Part shown: positions 37,831 to 47,401 of the stretch, one piece after another | Position numbering within the stretch: the first letter of the stretch is position 1 | Layout of the letters: each line of letters opens with the position of its first letter | IMG/VR virus record: IMGVR_UViG_3300036790_000419 | Location: 32,001-96,000 of that record | DNA length: 64,000 bases | From: a virus | Strand: one strand, 5' to 3' | The notes under the pieces: model-generated | Databases searched by the model: none | Seen by the model: only the letters and a program-made list of their open reading frames with translations | Told to the model about the DNA's origin: nothing | Program-made: the position numbers and the translations under genes

Positions 37831-38832
37831 GTGAGCCTGATTCTCGCTGTCAACGACATCCACGCCACCAGGCGACCGCCGAGCAGCTGCACTGGCAGCT
37901 ACTGGCCCGACCTGCTGAACCTGCTGCACCAGACGGTCGGCGTCGCCCGTGAGCGCGGGGCCAGCGCCGTGGTGTGGGCCGGCGATGTCCTGCACCACAA
38001 GGAGCCGCGCCGGACCGACCACGGCCTGATGCAGGACCTCATCCGGGTCATCCAGGCCCACCCGTGCCCGCTGTTCATCGTGCCGGGCAACCATGACCTC
38101 CGCTTTGACCGGCTGGACTCGATCGAGGACACCCAGCCGCTCGGGGTGCTCTACCTGGCCGGCGCGCGCCGCCTGGAAGGGTGGGCTGACGACGCGGAAG
38201 GTGCCCTGGAGTTCCCGCTGTACGGCGTGCCGTGGCAGCAGCAGTGGAGCCGGGAGGCACTCGGCACGGCCCTGCGCGGCTACACGGACCCGACTGGCGG
38301 GGAGTGGAACCGCCCGGTCCTGGTCGTCGCCCACGCGCCGCTCTACCCACCGGGCCGGGAGCCCGGCTACGAGGGAGCCGAGTTTACCCCGGCGTCCTGG
38401 TGGGCGGACGCTATGGGCGGGGCCGGGCACCTGCTGTACGGGCACATCCACGAGCCGCACGGGGTGTGGCGGTACGGCACCGGTAAGGGCGTGACGTTCT
38501 GCAACTTCGGGGCGCTGAGCCGGGGCAGCCTGGACGAGTACAACCTGGAGCGCGAGGTGGGTGCCGCCCTGTGGGACAGCGAGACCGGCGGGTTCGAGTT
38601 CGTGCCGCTGAAGGCGAGGCCCGCCTCGGAGGTGTTCCGGCTGGCGGAGCACGAGCAGGCTGTCACCGCGCAGCGCCGCATGGACGGCTTCCGGGCCGCG
38701 GTCAGCGCGGTGACGCTGGGCGTGCTGAGCGTGGAGTCGGTCATCGCGCACATCCGGACGCTTGGTGTCGGCCGCCCGGTGGAGAACCTGGCCGAGGAGC
38801 TGCTCACGGCCCAGCTGGGGGGTACACGGTGA
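37831..38832 (+). CDS. Mre11/SbcD-like metallophosphoesterase nuclease
   Basis: DIH, AGDVLH, PGNHD, GHIH, NFGALSR. Confidence 0.85.
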   Translation: MSLILAVNDIHATRRPPSSCTGSYWPDLLNLLHQTVGVARERGASAVVWAGDVLHHKEPRRTDHGLMQDLIRVIQAHPCPLFIVPGNHDLRFDRLDSIEDTQPLGVLYLAGARRLEGWADDAEGALEFPLYGVPWQQQWSREALGTALRGYTDPTGGEWNRPVLVVAHAPLYPPGREPGYEGAEFTPASWWADAMGGAGHLLYGHIHEPHGVWRYGTGKGVTFCNFGALSRGSLDEYNLEREVGAALWDSETGGFEFVPLKARPASEVFRLAEHEQAVTAQRRMDGFRAAVSAVTLGVLSVESVIAHIRTLGVGRPVENLAEELLTAQLGGTR

Positions 38833-39341
38833 ACCGCGGAGACCTGAAGACGGCCGTACTGTTCGACCTGGACAGCTGCCTGGCCGACACACGGCACCGC
38901 TGGCACCTGTCGCCGATGGCCGACCCGTCGTCTACCTGGGCGCGGTACTGCGCGGCCCGGATAGGCGACACGCCCATTCCCGGCACCGTGACCGCGGCCC
39001 GGCTGCACTACCCGCACCACCAGGTGAACATCTGCTCAGGCAGCGAGGCGTCGGCTGAGCAGGTCACGCGGATCTGGCTGGACCGGCACCGCGTCCCGTA
39101 CGACGGGCTGGCACTGCGCACCGACCCGGACGCCTCGAACGCGGACTGCAAGGTCCGCTACATCGAGTTCCTGCGGTCGCTCGGCATCGAGACGGTGCTG
39201 TTCTACGAGGACCACCCGGACGTGGCCAGGGATATCGAGGAGCGTACCGGCGTGCCCGTGGCCTGCGTTAACGCGCGCTACCCGGAGGACGCGCACAAGT
39301 TCCGGCAGACGGCGTTCGACAACAGGGGCGGTGGCCTGTGA
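38829..39341 (+). CDS. HAD-family phosphatase (polynucleotide kinase phosphatase-like)
   Basis: FDLDSCLAD, CSG, K, FYED. Confidence 0.75.
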   Translation: MNRGDLKTAVLFDLDSCLADTRHRWHLSPMADPSSTWARYCAARIGDTPIPGTVTAARLHYPHHQVNICSGSEASAEQVTRIWLDRHRVPYDGLALRTDPDASNADCKVRYIEFLRSLGIETVLFYEDHPDVARDIEERTGVPVACVNARYPEDAHKFRQTAFDNRGGGL

Positions 39342-40177
39342 GCGACGACGGGGCCCTGCGGCTTAGCTGGTCGCGGCTTCGAAATCACGACGAGTGCCCG
39401 GCCAAGGGCGACCTGCTGCGCCGGCATAAGTCGCCGGCCACCAACATCCGCGACTTCTACCACGGCAACGTGGTCGACCTGGCCATGCGCCGCTGGCTGG
39501 GCCAGGAGCACCCGGAGCCGGGGTGGATGGCCGCGCAGGTCGACGCGATCTTCGAGGAATCCGAGGTGATCGCGAAAGACACCGGTGACGGGGTCGTCCA
39601 CTGGAAGTCGCCGACCGACAAGTCCGAGACGCTGGACTTCTGCCGCGAGCTGGTGACCCGGCTGGAGCCCATCCTGGTGAAGTACGCGCTGCCGTTCACC
39701 TGGCAGCCGGCGGTGCGGTTCAAGGTGCCCGTCCGGATCCAGGACCTGGACGGGCACTGGCGCGAGGTCGTCCTCATCGGCGAGATGGACCTGCTGGTGC
39801 GCGACGTGAACGGCCGGCTAGCGGTGTGGGACCTGAAGGCCACCCGCAACAACGCCTACTACAAGAAGGTGCTCGGCCAGCTCGCGTTCTACGCCATCGC
39901 CGTGAAGGCACTGCACGGGCAGTTCCCGGCGATGACAGGGCTTATCCAGCCGATGTGCGACCAGCGGGTGCTCCCGGTCACCGTCGACCACGACGCGGTC
40001 GCGCAGATGGCCGGGCGCATCACCAAGGCCGCGCGCGACATCCTGGCCGGCCGACTTGCCCCAAAAGCTGACCGGCACGATTGCACGGGGCCGTACGGCT
40101 GCCCCGTGCTGCACGCCTGCCCGGCGTTCAGGGTGGGCTCGGGCAAGCCGGGCCGCCTGTCACGGGCTGCGGCGTAG
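39338..40177 (+). CDS. PD-(D/E)XK RecB/Cas4-like exonuclease
   Basis: LSWS..CP, GEMDLL, WDLKA, QLAFY, C-terminal C..C..C. Confidence 0.8.
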   Translation: MSDDGALRLSWSRLRNHDECPAKGDLLRRHKSPATNIRDFYHGNVVDLAMRRWLGQEHPEPGWMAAQVDAIFEESEVIAKDTGDGVVHWKSPTDKSETLDFCRELVTRLEPILVKYALPFTWQPAVRFKVPVRIQDLDGHWREVVLIGEMDLLVRDVNGRLAVWDLKATRNNAYYKKVLGQLAFYAIAVKALHGQFPAMTGLIQPMCDQRVLPVTVDHDAVAQMAGRITKAARDILAGRLAPKADRHDCTGPYGCPVLHACPAFRVGSGKPGRLSRAAA

Positions 40178-40184
40178 TACGGGC

Positions 40185-40436
40185 ATGGGCATCGAGGAGA
40201 CGGTAGCGCGACTGCGCGAGGACGTGACCGCCGCCCAGCGCCGGCATGCCGGCGCGGACGCGCGAGCCACTCAGGCTGAGGCGCGCGCGGCGGCGGCCCG
40301 GGAGGACATGCAGGCTGAATTCGGCGTGAGCACCGTGCCGGCGGCCCGGCAGCGGCTCGCTGACCTGGAGCGGCAGCTTGAGGAAGAGGCGGCCGGGGTG
40401 CGCGAGCAGCTCGAACTAGCGGGAGGCACAGTATGA
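40185..40436 (+). CDS. Small coiled-coil protein
   Basis: Heptad-rich helices; ATGA overlap with dnaN. Confidence 0.6.
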   Translation: MGIEETVARLREDVTAAQRRHAGADARATQAEARAAAAREDMQAEFGVSTVPAARQRLADLERQLEEEAAGVREQLELAGGTV

Positions 40437-41590
40437 GCGAGGCTCCGGGCAAGGCTGACTACGGCTCGCTGGAGTTCACCGCGCGGAGGTTCCAGATCGC
40501 GCAACTGGCTGAGTGGGCGCTGCCCGCCGTCCCGTCGTCGCCGACCCTGGCGGTGAACGGCTGCTTCCAGGTCTCAGTGAGCCCGGAGCGGCTGCGCGTG
40601 GCGGCCACCGACCAGCAGACCGCCGTCTTCGCCGAGGTGCCGGCGGTCATCACGCAGTCGACAGGCGAGGTTTTCATCCCCGCGCGGAAGCTGCGGGCCA
40701 TCCTGGCCGAGGCCTGCGAGGGCGACGTCACTATCGCGGTCAAGGGCAGTACCGCGCTGGTGACCGCGGGCCCGTCCACCTGGAGCCTGCGCCTGCCGCC
40801 CCCGGACCGTTACACGGGGCTGCCGGACCTGGCCGCCGCCAGCTTCGCCCCCGTCAGTCGCGAGGTGCTGCTGACAGCGCTGGGCACGGTGCGGCACGCG
40901 GTCGGCAAGGACCAGGGGCGCCCGACGTACACCCAGGTCCGCGTCGGCCCTGACAGCGACGGAACGTTCGCCTGCGCGGCCTCCACCAGCCAGTTCGCCC
41001 GCGCGCCGGTGCCCGGCTTTCCCGGTGAGATGCTCATCCCCGGGCACGCGCTCGATGACCTGGTCAAGCTCCTGTCTAAGGTTCCGGTGGACAACGCTGA
41101 GGTGGCCGAGGCAGGGCCGTACGCGGTGTTCCGCGCCGGGGAGGTCACGCTGGCCGCGCTGCGGGTGGCGAAGAAGTTCCCGGACGTCGGCCAGTTGTTC
41201 CTGCAGCAGGTTCAGGGCAACGACATGGTGCTGAAAGTCGACCGGGAGCAACTGACCGCCGCGCTGCGCCGGGTGCGGATCAATTCCGACGCGAGCACCT
41301 CGGCGGTCGCGCTCATCGCCGACGACGGCCGGCTGACCGTCACGTCCCGGGACAAGGACGCCAGCAGCGCCGAGGAGGTCATCCCGGCGGCGTGGGAGGG
41401 CGGCCAGCGCATCCTGGTCGTCAACGCGGTGTTCTTGCTGGCCATGCTCGCCGCGCACCCGTCGGCCACCTGCGACTTCCGGGTGGGCAAGGACCGCGGC
41501 AAGGCCCGCGCCCCCCTGGTGCTGGAGGACAGCGAGAAGAAGGTCACCGGGATCTGCACGTCGATGCCCCCGGCACTGGTGGGCTATTAG
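40433..41590 (+). CDS. dnaN: DNA polymerase III beta sliding clamp
   Basis: LRVAATD, FIPARKL, KKFPDV, LTAALRRV; 385-aa three-domain pattern. Confidence 0.85.
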   Translation: MSEAPGKADYGSLEFTARRFQIAQLAEWALPAVPSSPTLAVNGCFQVSVSPERLRVAATDQQTAVFAEVPAVITQSTGEVFIPARKLRAILAEACEGDVTIAVKGSTALVTAGPSTWSLRLPPPDRYTGLPDLAAASFAPVSREVLLTALGTVRHAVGKDQGRPTYTQVRVGPDSDGTFACAASTSQFARAPVPGFPGEMLIPGHALDDLVKLLSKVPVDNAEVAEAGPYAVFRAGEVTLAALRVAKKFPDVGQLFLQQVQGNDMVLKVDREQLTAALRRVRINSDASTSAVALIADDGRLTVTSRDKDASSAEEVIPAAWEGGQRILVVNAVFLLAMLAAHPSATCDFRVGKDRGKARAPLVLEDSEKKVTGICTSMPPALVGY

Positions 41591-41607
41591 AAAGAGAGGC
41601 GAGCAGC

Positions 41608-42054
41608 ATGAGTTACCCGCACTTTTCCGGGGACTGCGACGAGTACCACGAGCTGGTCCGCGACTTCGGCGGCGAGCGCCCGCGCATTGTGTGCCTGTGC
41701 GGCTCAACGCGGTTCTACGCGCAGTTCCAGGAAGCGAACTACCGCCTCACCATGCAGGGCGAGATCGTCCTGTCTGTCGGGTTCTACCCGCACGCGGCGG
41801 CTGAGCACGGTCACGGCGAGGGCGTGGGGCACGACTCGGCGGAGAAGGTCTCGCTTGACGAACTGCACAAGCGCAAGGTCGACCTGGCCGACTACGTGTA
41901 CGTCGTGTCCGAGGGCGGCTACTTCGGCGACTCTACGGCCGGGGAGATCGTCTACGCGGTGAGGAACAGGAAGCAGGTCTTGTTCGCCGAAGAGGTGGCA
42001 CGTGACCGGGCTTACGGGATGGGCTTGCTCGGAGTTGCGCCGGTGAGCCCTTGA
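41608..42054 (+). CDS. Hypothetical protein, nucleoside deoxyribosyltransferase-like pattern
   Basis: IVCLCGSTRF..LHKRKVDLAD..GDSTAGEIVYA. Confidence 0.5.
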   Translation: MSYPHFSGDCDEYHELVRDFGGERPRIVCLCGSTRFYAQFQEANYRLTMQGEIVLSVGFYPHAAAEHGHGEGVGHDSAEKVSLDELHKRKVDLADYVYVVSEGGYFGDSTAGEIVYAVRNRKQVLFAEEVARDRAYGMGLLGVAPVSP

Positions 42055-42704
42055 CCGACCTCGCCGCGCTCGCCGATGCGGTCCAGGCCACCCGCCGGAA
42101 CCTGGACCGCCAGGCGGGCCGCGCGCAGCAGGTGGCCGAGGCCGGCCTGGCGGCCGAGGCTGAGATCGCGCGCCTTGAGGACCTGGCCGGCGTCTGCGCC
42201 AGGACCGCCGCCCTGCTGACGACGATCGGCGAGGAGCGGCAGGAGAGCGCCCGGCAGGCGTTCGAGGACCTGGCGACGCGGGCGCTGCGGGACATCTTCG
42301 GCGAGGACCTGTCGTTTCACCTGGTGCCCGGCGAGACGGGCGGCCAGGTGACCCTGGAGCCGGTTATCCGGTCGGAGTTCGGCGGCGAGGTCCTGGAGAC
42401 CAGCGTGCTCGACGCGCGCGGGGTGGGCATGGCAGTCGTGGTCGGCTTCGTCCTGCGGCTGGTCATGGTGCTGCTCAGTCCGCAGGCACGCAAGGTCCTG
42501 TTCCTGGATGAGACGTTCGCGTTTGTCAGCGCTAGCTACCGGTGCCAGCTGGCCCGGTTCCTGCGTGAGGTGGCCGGCGAGAACGGCGCGCAGGTCGTTA
42601 TGATTACCCACGACCCGGTCTACACCGAGGAGGCCGACGTGCTGGTGCGCCTGGCTCTCGGTCCGGACAAGGTGACCCGGGTGTTCGAAGGGGAGAGTGA
42701 GTAG
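42051..42704 (+). CDS. Rad50/SbcC C-terminal ABC-ATPase half
   Basis: Coiled coil, signature-like RGVGM, Walker B LFLDE, H-loop MITH. Confidence 0.8.
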   Translation: MTDLAALADAVQATRRNLDRQAGRAQQVAEAGLAAEAEIARLEDLAGVCARTAALLTTIGEERQESARQAFEDLATRALRDIFGEDLSFHLVPGETGGQVTLEPVIRSEFGGEVLETSVLDARGVGMAVVVGFVLRLVMVLLSPQARKVLFLDETFAFVSASYRCQLARFLREVAGENGAQVVMITHDPVYTEEADVLVRLALGPDKVTRVFEGESE

Positions 42705-42706
42705 CC

Positions 42707-43000
42707 GTGCCGCTGCCAGGTGAAGGCCAGGTGGCCGAGTTCGACCGCGAGGCGGCCCGCAACGTGGTCCGGTGCGTCGTTCTCGCGGCGGACAGCGAGA
42801 TCCGGCGGGCGCCGGTCCCGTTCAGCAGCGTCCGCAACCCGGACGGCTCGCGGCAGGCTGAGACGCAGAGCGAGCGCGAAACCCGGCTGGTCCGCACGGC
42901 GGTCATGCACCTGCTGGAGCAGGGCCTGGTGGTGCTCCCGCCGGACATCGCGGAGATGCTGGACGACTGGATTCCCCTTGAGCGCGCTGGGACGGACTAG
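42707..43000 (+). CDS. Hypothetical protein
   Basis: Codon bias. Confidence 0.5.
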   Translation: MPLPGEGQVAEFDREAARNVVRCVVLAADSEIRRAPVPFSSVRNPDGSRQAETQSERETRLVRTAVMHLLEQGLVVLPPDIAEMLDDWIPLERAGTD

Positions 43001-45963
43001 TGACCGGCCGCAGCCCTGACTCAATCGCCCGGTGGCTGGACGGGAATCTGTTCCGGTTCGACGGCCCGTCCCAGATGCTGGGCACCGAGCCGAACGCCGC
43101 CCGCCGCCCGTGGGACGCGGCGAAGACCCGCTGGCTGCTCGCCGCGTCCTGGGACTACAGCCAGGCGGCCGGCAACATGGCGATCCCCGCCGTCTACGAC
43201 GCCATCCACAAGGCGGGGACGTACAGCCTGGCCGACCGCTGGTACCTGCCTGCCACCCCGCGCGACATGGACCTGCTGGAGCGCGGCCAGGTGCCGGCGT
43301 TCGGCATCGAGAGCCGGCGCCAGGCGCTCGACTTTGACGTGGTGGCCACCAGCATCTCCTACACCGTGCTGTTCATGAACTTCTGCAAGACCCTCTCCAT
43401 GAGCGGTATCCCGCTGCGCTGGGAGGACCGCGCGGGCGACCCGGGGGCTTACCCGATGGTCATGGCCGGCGGCCAGGCCTACTGCGCGCCCGAGTTCATG
43501 GCCCCGGTGGCAGACTGCGTATGGCTGGGTGAGGCCGAGGACGAGCCCGGTAACCCCGGCATGGCCGCGGTCTGCGAGGCCATCGCCCAGATGAAGGCGG
43601 ACGGCCTGTGGCGCGAGGAGCGGGCGCTGTGCTACCGGATGCTGGCCCGCGAGTTCAACTTCCTGTACTTCCCGCGCTTCACCGCCGTGGACTACCGCTA
43701 CGAGGACCGCGGGCTGCCTGAGCTGACCAAGATGGTGTCCGGCTACCGCTCGCTGCTGCCGGGCGTCGGCCCGCGCTTCAAGGCCAGGCGGGTGGTCAGC
43801 CTGAATAACGCGGACCTGATGACGTCCGCGCCGGTGCTGTTCGCCGACCCCGGCATGGGCTCGGGCGACGTCGAGGTAGCGCGCGGCTGCCCGGCCTGGT
43901 GCTCGTTTTGCCGTCTCTCGTGGGCCACCAAGCCCTACCGGCAGGAGGACACGGCTCGCTCGCTGGCTCGCGCGAAGACGTGGCGCGACAACATGGGCAG
44001 TACTGACATTTCCCTGGTCGCCCCTGACCCGCCTATGCACACCCAGATGAAGAAACTGGTCGCCGGGCTGCTGGAGAACGTCACCGGCAAGGTGGACGCG
44101 TCCAGCATGCGGATCGATGACTACCTCAGCGACCCGGACCTCTCCCTGCTGCTGCAGGTCTCGGGCACCACCGCGCTCACCCTCGGCCTGGAGGCCGGCG
44201 CGCAGCGGATACGCGACCTGGCCGGCAAGGGCACCAGCGACGACGACGTGGCGAAGGCGGTCACGGCGGCGATCCGGGCCGGCATCAGGAAGATCAAGAT
44301 CTACTTCATCACCAACTGGCCGGGCGAGGAGCAGGCCGACGTGATGAAGGTGGTGGCCCTGGGCAAGCGCCTGGCTGACATCCGTGACAGCTTTGGCGAG
44401 GCCGCGGCCGGGGTGCAGATCATCTTCTCCTGGACGCCGCTGCTGATCGAGGCGCAGACCCCGCTGCAGTGGTTTGCCGTCACCCCGCCGGACTACATGC
44501 TGCAGCAGGCGCTCGACGAACTCCGCGATCACCGGATCTGGGTCAAGATCGGCAGCAAGGCGTCGCCGCCGAAGCTGGCGTTCTTCCAGGCCTGCCAGCG
44601 AGCGAGCCGCGACGCGGGCGAGGCGATCGTAGACGTTATCGAGAATTACGGGACGGCTTCATGGGGCGGCTTCCCGAAGGACATGCGGGAAAAGCTCGAC
44701 GAGGCGATGAGAGTTCACGGTTTCCGCAACGGGCTCGACGACATATTCGGCGAGCGGTTCTACGAGGACCTGCTCGGCTGGGAGATGATCGACACCGGCG
44801 TGAAGCGCTCCCTCATGTGGCGGGCCTACCGGGACATGGTGGAGCTGCTCGAAGGCACGGACGCCGGGACTTACGACAGTGATATCCCCGAGGGATATCA
44901 CGGCAACGAGTGGGTGCCGCGCTGCGACCAGCAGTGCTCGGGCAGTGCGTGCGGGGTGTGCGACCGCGGCGACCTGGAGCTGCGCCGCGAGTACGTTCAG
45001 GCCGTCGACCGGGACCTGGCTGCCGACCCGGTGCGCCCGCTCGACCAGTCCACCGTCGCGCAGCGCGTCCGGCTGCGGGTGGAGCGCCCGGAGGTGTTCC
45101 GCTTCGTCACCGGCACGTTCCTGGAGTACGCGATCCGCCGGGCCGCCTACCGGGCGCACCGCGACGGGTTCCCCGCGCTCGCCGCCGAGTCGGTGCGCCT
45201 GGTGTCGGCGGGAACCGGCTACCGCGAGCGCAGCGCCGGCGTCGACTATGCCGAGTTCGGCCTGACCGCGCCCGCCGACGGTGACGCGGTCGGCGAGTTC
45301 CTGGCCCGCATGGCAGTGCACGTGCACCCGCACTTGCACTGGAGCGGGAACTACGCGGTGCTCCCGGCGGCGGCGAAGCTGCCCGCGCGCCCGGTCGGCC
45401 TGTGGGAGCTGGAGGTGGCCGACGACCCCGCGGTCCTCGCCCGGCGGCTGCGCTGGTGGGACGAGGCGGAGGCGGTGCCGGTGCTGATCCGCGCGGACAG
45501 CTTCTACGCCGGCACGACCGCCGGGCCCGGCGACGCCAAGGAGCACGTCACTGATTTCTGGGTGACCCGCGACGGGCAGCGGACCGTGCTGCGCATGCTG
45601 CTGAACGGCCGGCTCGGCCCGTACCAGGCGTACGCCGCGCTGTCCGGCAAGGCCAGCTGGCTTGAGGCCGCGCGTTACACCGCCCGCCGACTGGAGTTCT
45701 TCAGCGGCGGCGCTCAGCCGTGCGAAGGGTGCGGGCTGCCCGTGCCGGCCAGCCTGCTCGACGTTCCCTGGAGCGAGCGGTTCTGCCCGCGCTGCGGCGA
45801 CGCAGCCGAAGGGAAGGTTACCGCGGCGCTCTCGGGCGCCGGCGTATTACAGGTACCTGCCTTACGCACACCCTGTGGAGGAACCTGTGGATACTCCCGG
45901 ATACCGGAAGCCCGCTCACCAGTACGGCCAGCCTTACGGCACCTCGCCGGGGGCCGGCGATAG
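43000..45963 (+). CDS. Large radical SAM protein with fused C-terminal domain
   Basis: EVARGCPAWCSFC (CxxxCxxC), AFGIESRR..DFDV, VWLGEAE, GLEAGAQRIR, KIYFI; Cys cluster CDQQCSGSACGVC. Confidence 0.8.
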   Translation: MTGRSPDSIARWLDGNLFRFDGPSQMLGTEPNAARRPWDAAKTRWLLAASWDYSQAAGNMAIPAVYDAIHKAGTYSLADRWYLPATPRDMDLLERGQVPAFGIESRRQALDFDVVATSISYTVLFMNFCKTLSMSGIPLRWEDRAGDPGAYPMVMAGGQAYCAPEFMAPVADCVWLGEAEDEPGNPGMAAVCEAIAQMKADGLWREERALCYRMLAREFNFLYFPRFTAVDYRYEDRGLPELTKMVSGYRSLLPGVGPRFKARRVVSLNNADLMTSAPVLFADPGMGSGDVEVARGCPAWCSFCRLSWATKPYRQEDTARSLARAKTWRDNMGSTDISLVAPDPPMHTQMKKLVAGLLENVTGKVDASSMRIDDYLSDPDLSLLLQVSGTTALTLGLEAGAQRIRDLAGKGTSDDDVAKAVTAAIRAGIRKIKIYFITNWPGEEQADVMKVVALGKRLADIRDSFGEAAAGVQIIFSWTPLLIEAQTPLQWFAVTPPDYMLQQALDELRDHRIWVKIGSKASPPKLAFFQACQRASRDAGEAIVDVIENYGTASWGGFPKDMREKLDEAMRVHGFRNGLDDIFGERFYEDLLGWEMIDTGVKRSLMWRAYRDMVELLEGTDAGTYDSDIPEGYHGNEWVPRCDQQCSGSACGVCDRGDLELRREYVQAVDRDLAADPVRPLDQSTVAQRVRLRVERPEVFRFVTGTFLEYAIRRAAYRAHRDGFPALAAESVRLVSAGTGYRERSAGVDYAEFGLTAPADGDAVGEFLARMAVHVHPHLHWSGNYAVLPAAAKLPARPVGLWELEVADDPAVLARRLRWWDEAEAVPVLIRADSFYAGTTAGPGDAKEHVTDFWVTRDGQRTVLRMLLNGRLGPYQAYAALSGKASWLEAARYTARRLEFFSGGAQPCEGCGLPVPASLLDVPWSERFCPRCGDAAEGKVTAALSGAGVLQVPALRTPCGGTCGYSRIPEARSPVRPALRHLAGGRR

Positions 45964-46036
45964 CGACTGGGCCGGCGAGGGCTACAGCAAGGTGCCGGAT
46001 CCTGAGGTACTGGAGCCCGTTGACCAGCCTGCCTGA
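45887..46036 (+). CDS. Small hypothetical protein overlapping the radical SAM 3' end
   Basis: GGAGG SD before GTG; CGTATTA box at 45843. Confidence 0.4.
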   Translation: MDTPGYRKPAHQYGQPYGTSPGAGDSDWAGEGYSKVPDPEVLEPVDQPA

Positions 46037-46256
46037 GCCGCTAGTCGAGCGGGGTGCCGGCTGTCCTTACTGCGGCGGTTCCGCCGAGCCCGAGCAGGAC
46101 GGCGACGTCGTGTACTTCGCCTGCCCGGCGTGCGAGGGCGAGTTCGGCCACCGCAAGGCTGACCGGGGCACGTTCTGCGCGGCCGGCCTGCCCGTTGCCG
46201 GGCCACCGCCCGGCCCCCCGGTCATCGCGGCCACCATCAGGAGGAGACCCGAGTGA
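46020..46256 (+). CDS. Zinc-ribbon protein
   Basis: CPYCG..CPACE. Confidence 0.5.
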   Translation: MTSLPEPLVERGAGCPYCGGSAEPEQDGDVVYFACPACEGEFGHRKADRGTFCAAGLPVAGPPPGPPVIAATIRRRPE

Positions 46257-47401
46257 GCGAGCCCCTGCACCTGAAGTACCGGCCCCGGACGTTCGCCGAT
46301 GTCGCCGGGCAGCGCCCGTCTGTCGCCGTCTTGTACCGGATGTGCAAGCTGGGCAGCGTGCCCGGCGGGATGCTCTTCTACGGCGAGCGGGGCTGCGGCA
46401 AGACGACGATGGCCCGGATCGTGGCCAAGGCCCTCAACTGCGAGGCGGGCCCCGGGCCGGCCGGGAGCTGGCCGTGCGGGGCATGCGCGAGCTGCGAGGC
46501 GGTTGACGGCGACACCAGCCCGGACGTGGAGGAGCTGGACGCCGCGAGCAACGGCGGAGTCGAGCAGGTCCGGGACATCCGCACCAGGGCCTACTACGGC
46601 GCCGTCGGCGGCGGCCGGAAGGTCTACATCGTCGACGAGGCGCACGGCCTGTCCGGGCCCGCGTTCGAGTCCCTCCTGAAGGTCCTGGAGGAGCCGCCGC
46701 CCGGCGTGGTGTTCATCTTGGTCACCACTCAGCTCAGCGCTATCCCCCGCACGGTGCGCAGCCGGTGCAGCCCGTTCCGGTTCGACCCGCTGCCAGTCGG
46801 GGTCATCCGGGACCGGCTGGCGGCCATCTGCCAGGCTGAGGGGACCGCCGCCGAGCCCGCGCTGCTGACCGCCATCGCCGAGGCCGCCCGCGGCGGCATG
46901 CGCGACGCCGTGGTCCGGCTTGACCAGGTGTCCTCGGTCGGCATCACCTCGCTGTCCATGTGGCGCGAGCTGACCGGGGAGACCGATTTCGCCCCTGCCC
47001 TGCTGGCCGCGGCGGCTGACGGCGACCCGGGGGCCATGTACGCCGCGATGGACCGCGCGCTGGCCACGTACGGCGACCCGGGGCAGGTCGCCCGCGAGGT
47101 CGTCTTCTGCCTGCGCGACCTGCTGGTGCTGTCGTGCGGCGCCGACGTCGCCGCGCAGGGCGAGGCGCTGGCGGCCCGCCGCGAGCTTGCCGGCCGCCTC
47201 GGCGTGCCCCGGGTGCAGGCGGCGATGGCCGTGCTGTGGGACCTGCAGACCAGGACCCGGGTTGATGACCGGGAGACCGCCCTGACCCTCGCGCTGTCCG
47301 TGGTCGCCCGGAAGCTGGGCCAGCAGCCCCCGCCGATTGCCGCCAGCGGGAGCCAGAAGGCCTCCTTTGATGAGATCAAGGATGCCCTGGGGGCACTGTG
47401 A
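46253..47401 (+). CDS. dnaX: DNA polymerase III gamma/tau clamp-loader ATPase
   Basis: KYRPRTFADVAGQ, GERGCGKTT, PCGACASC, ELDAASN, VDEAH, SRC, GGMRDA. Confidence 0.93.
   Translation: MSEPLHLKYRPRTFADVAGQRPSVAVLYRMCKLGSVPGGMLFYGERGCGKTTMARIVAKALNCEAGPGPAGSWPCGACASCEAVDGDTSPDVEELDAASNGGVEQVRDIRTRAYYGAVGGGRKVYIVDEAHGLSGPAFESLLKVLEEPPPGVVFILVTTQLSAIPRTVRSRCSPFRFDPLPVGVIRDRLAAICQAEGTAAEPALLTAIAEAARGGMRDAVVRLDQVSSVGITSLSMWRELTGETDFAPALLAAAADGDPGAMYAAMDRALATYGDPGQVAREVVFCLRDLLVLSCGADVAAQGEALAARRELAGRLGVPRVQAAMAVLWDLQTRTRVDDRETALTLALSVVARKLGQQPPPIAASGSQKASFDEIKDALGAL

Noticed and set aside
39338-40177. Cas4-like nuclease as a sign of CRISPR
   Set aside because: No repeat-spacer array or other cas genes; such nucleases are common in phage recombination modules
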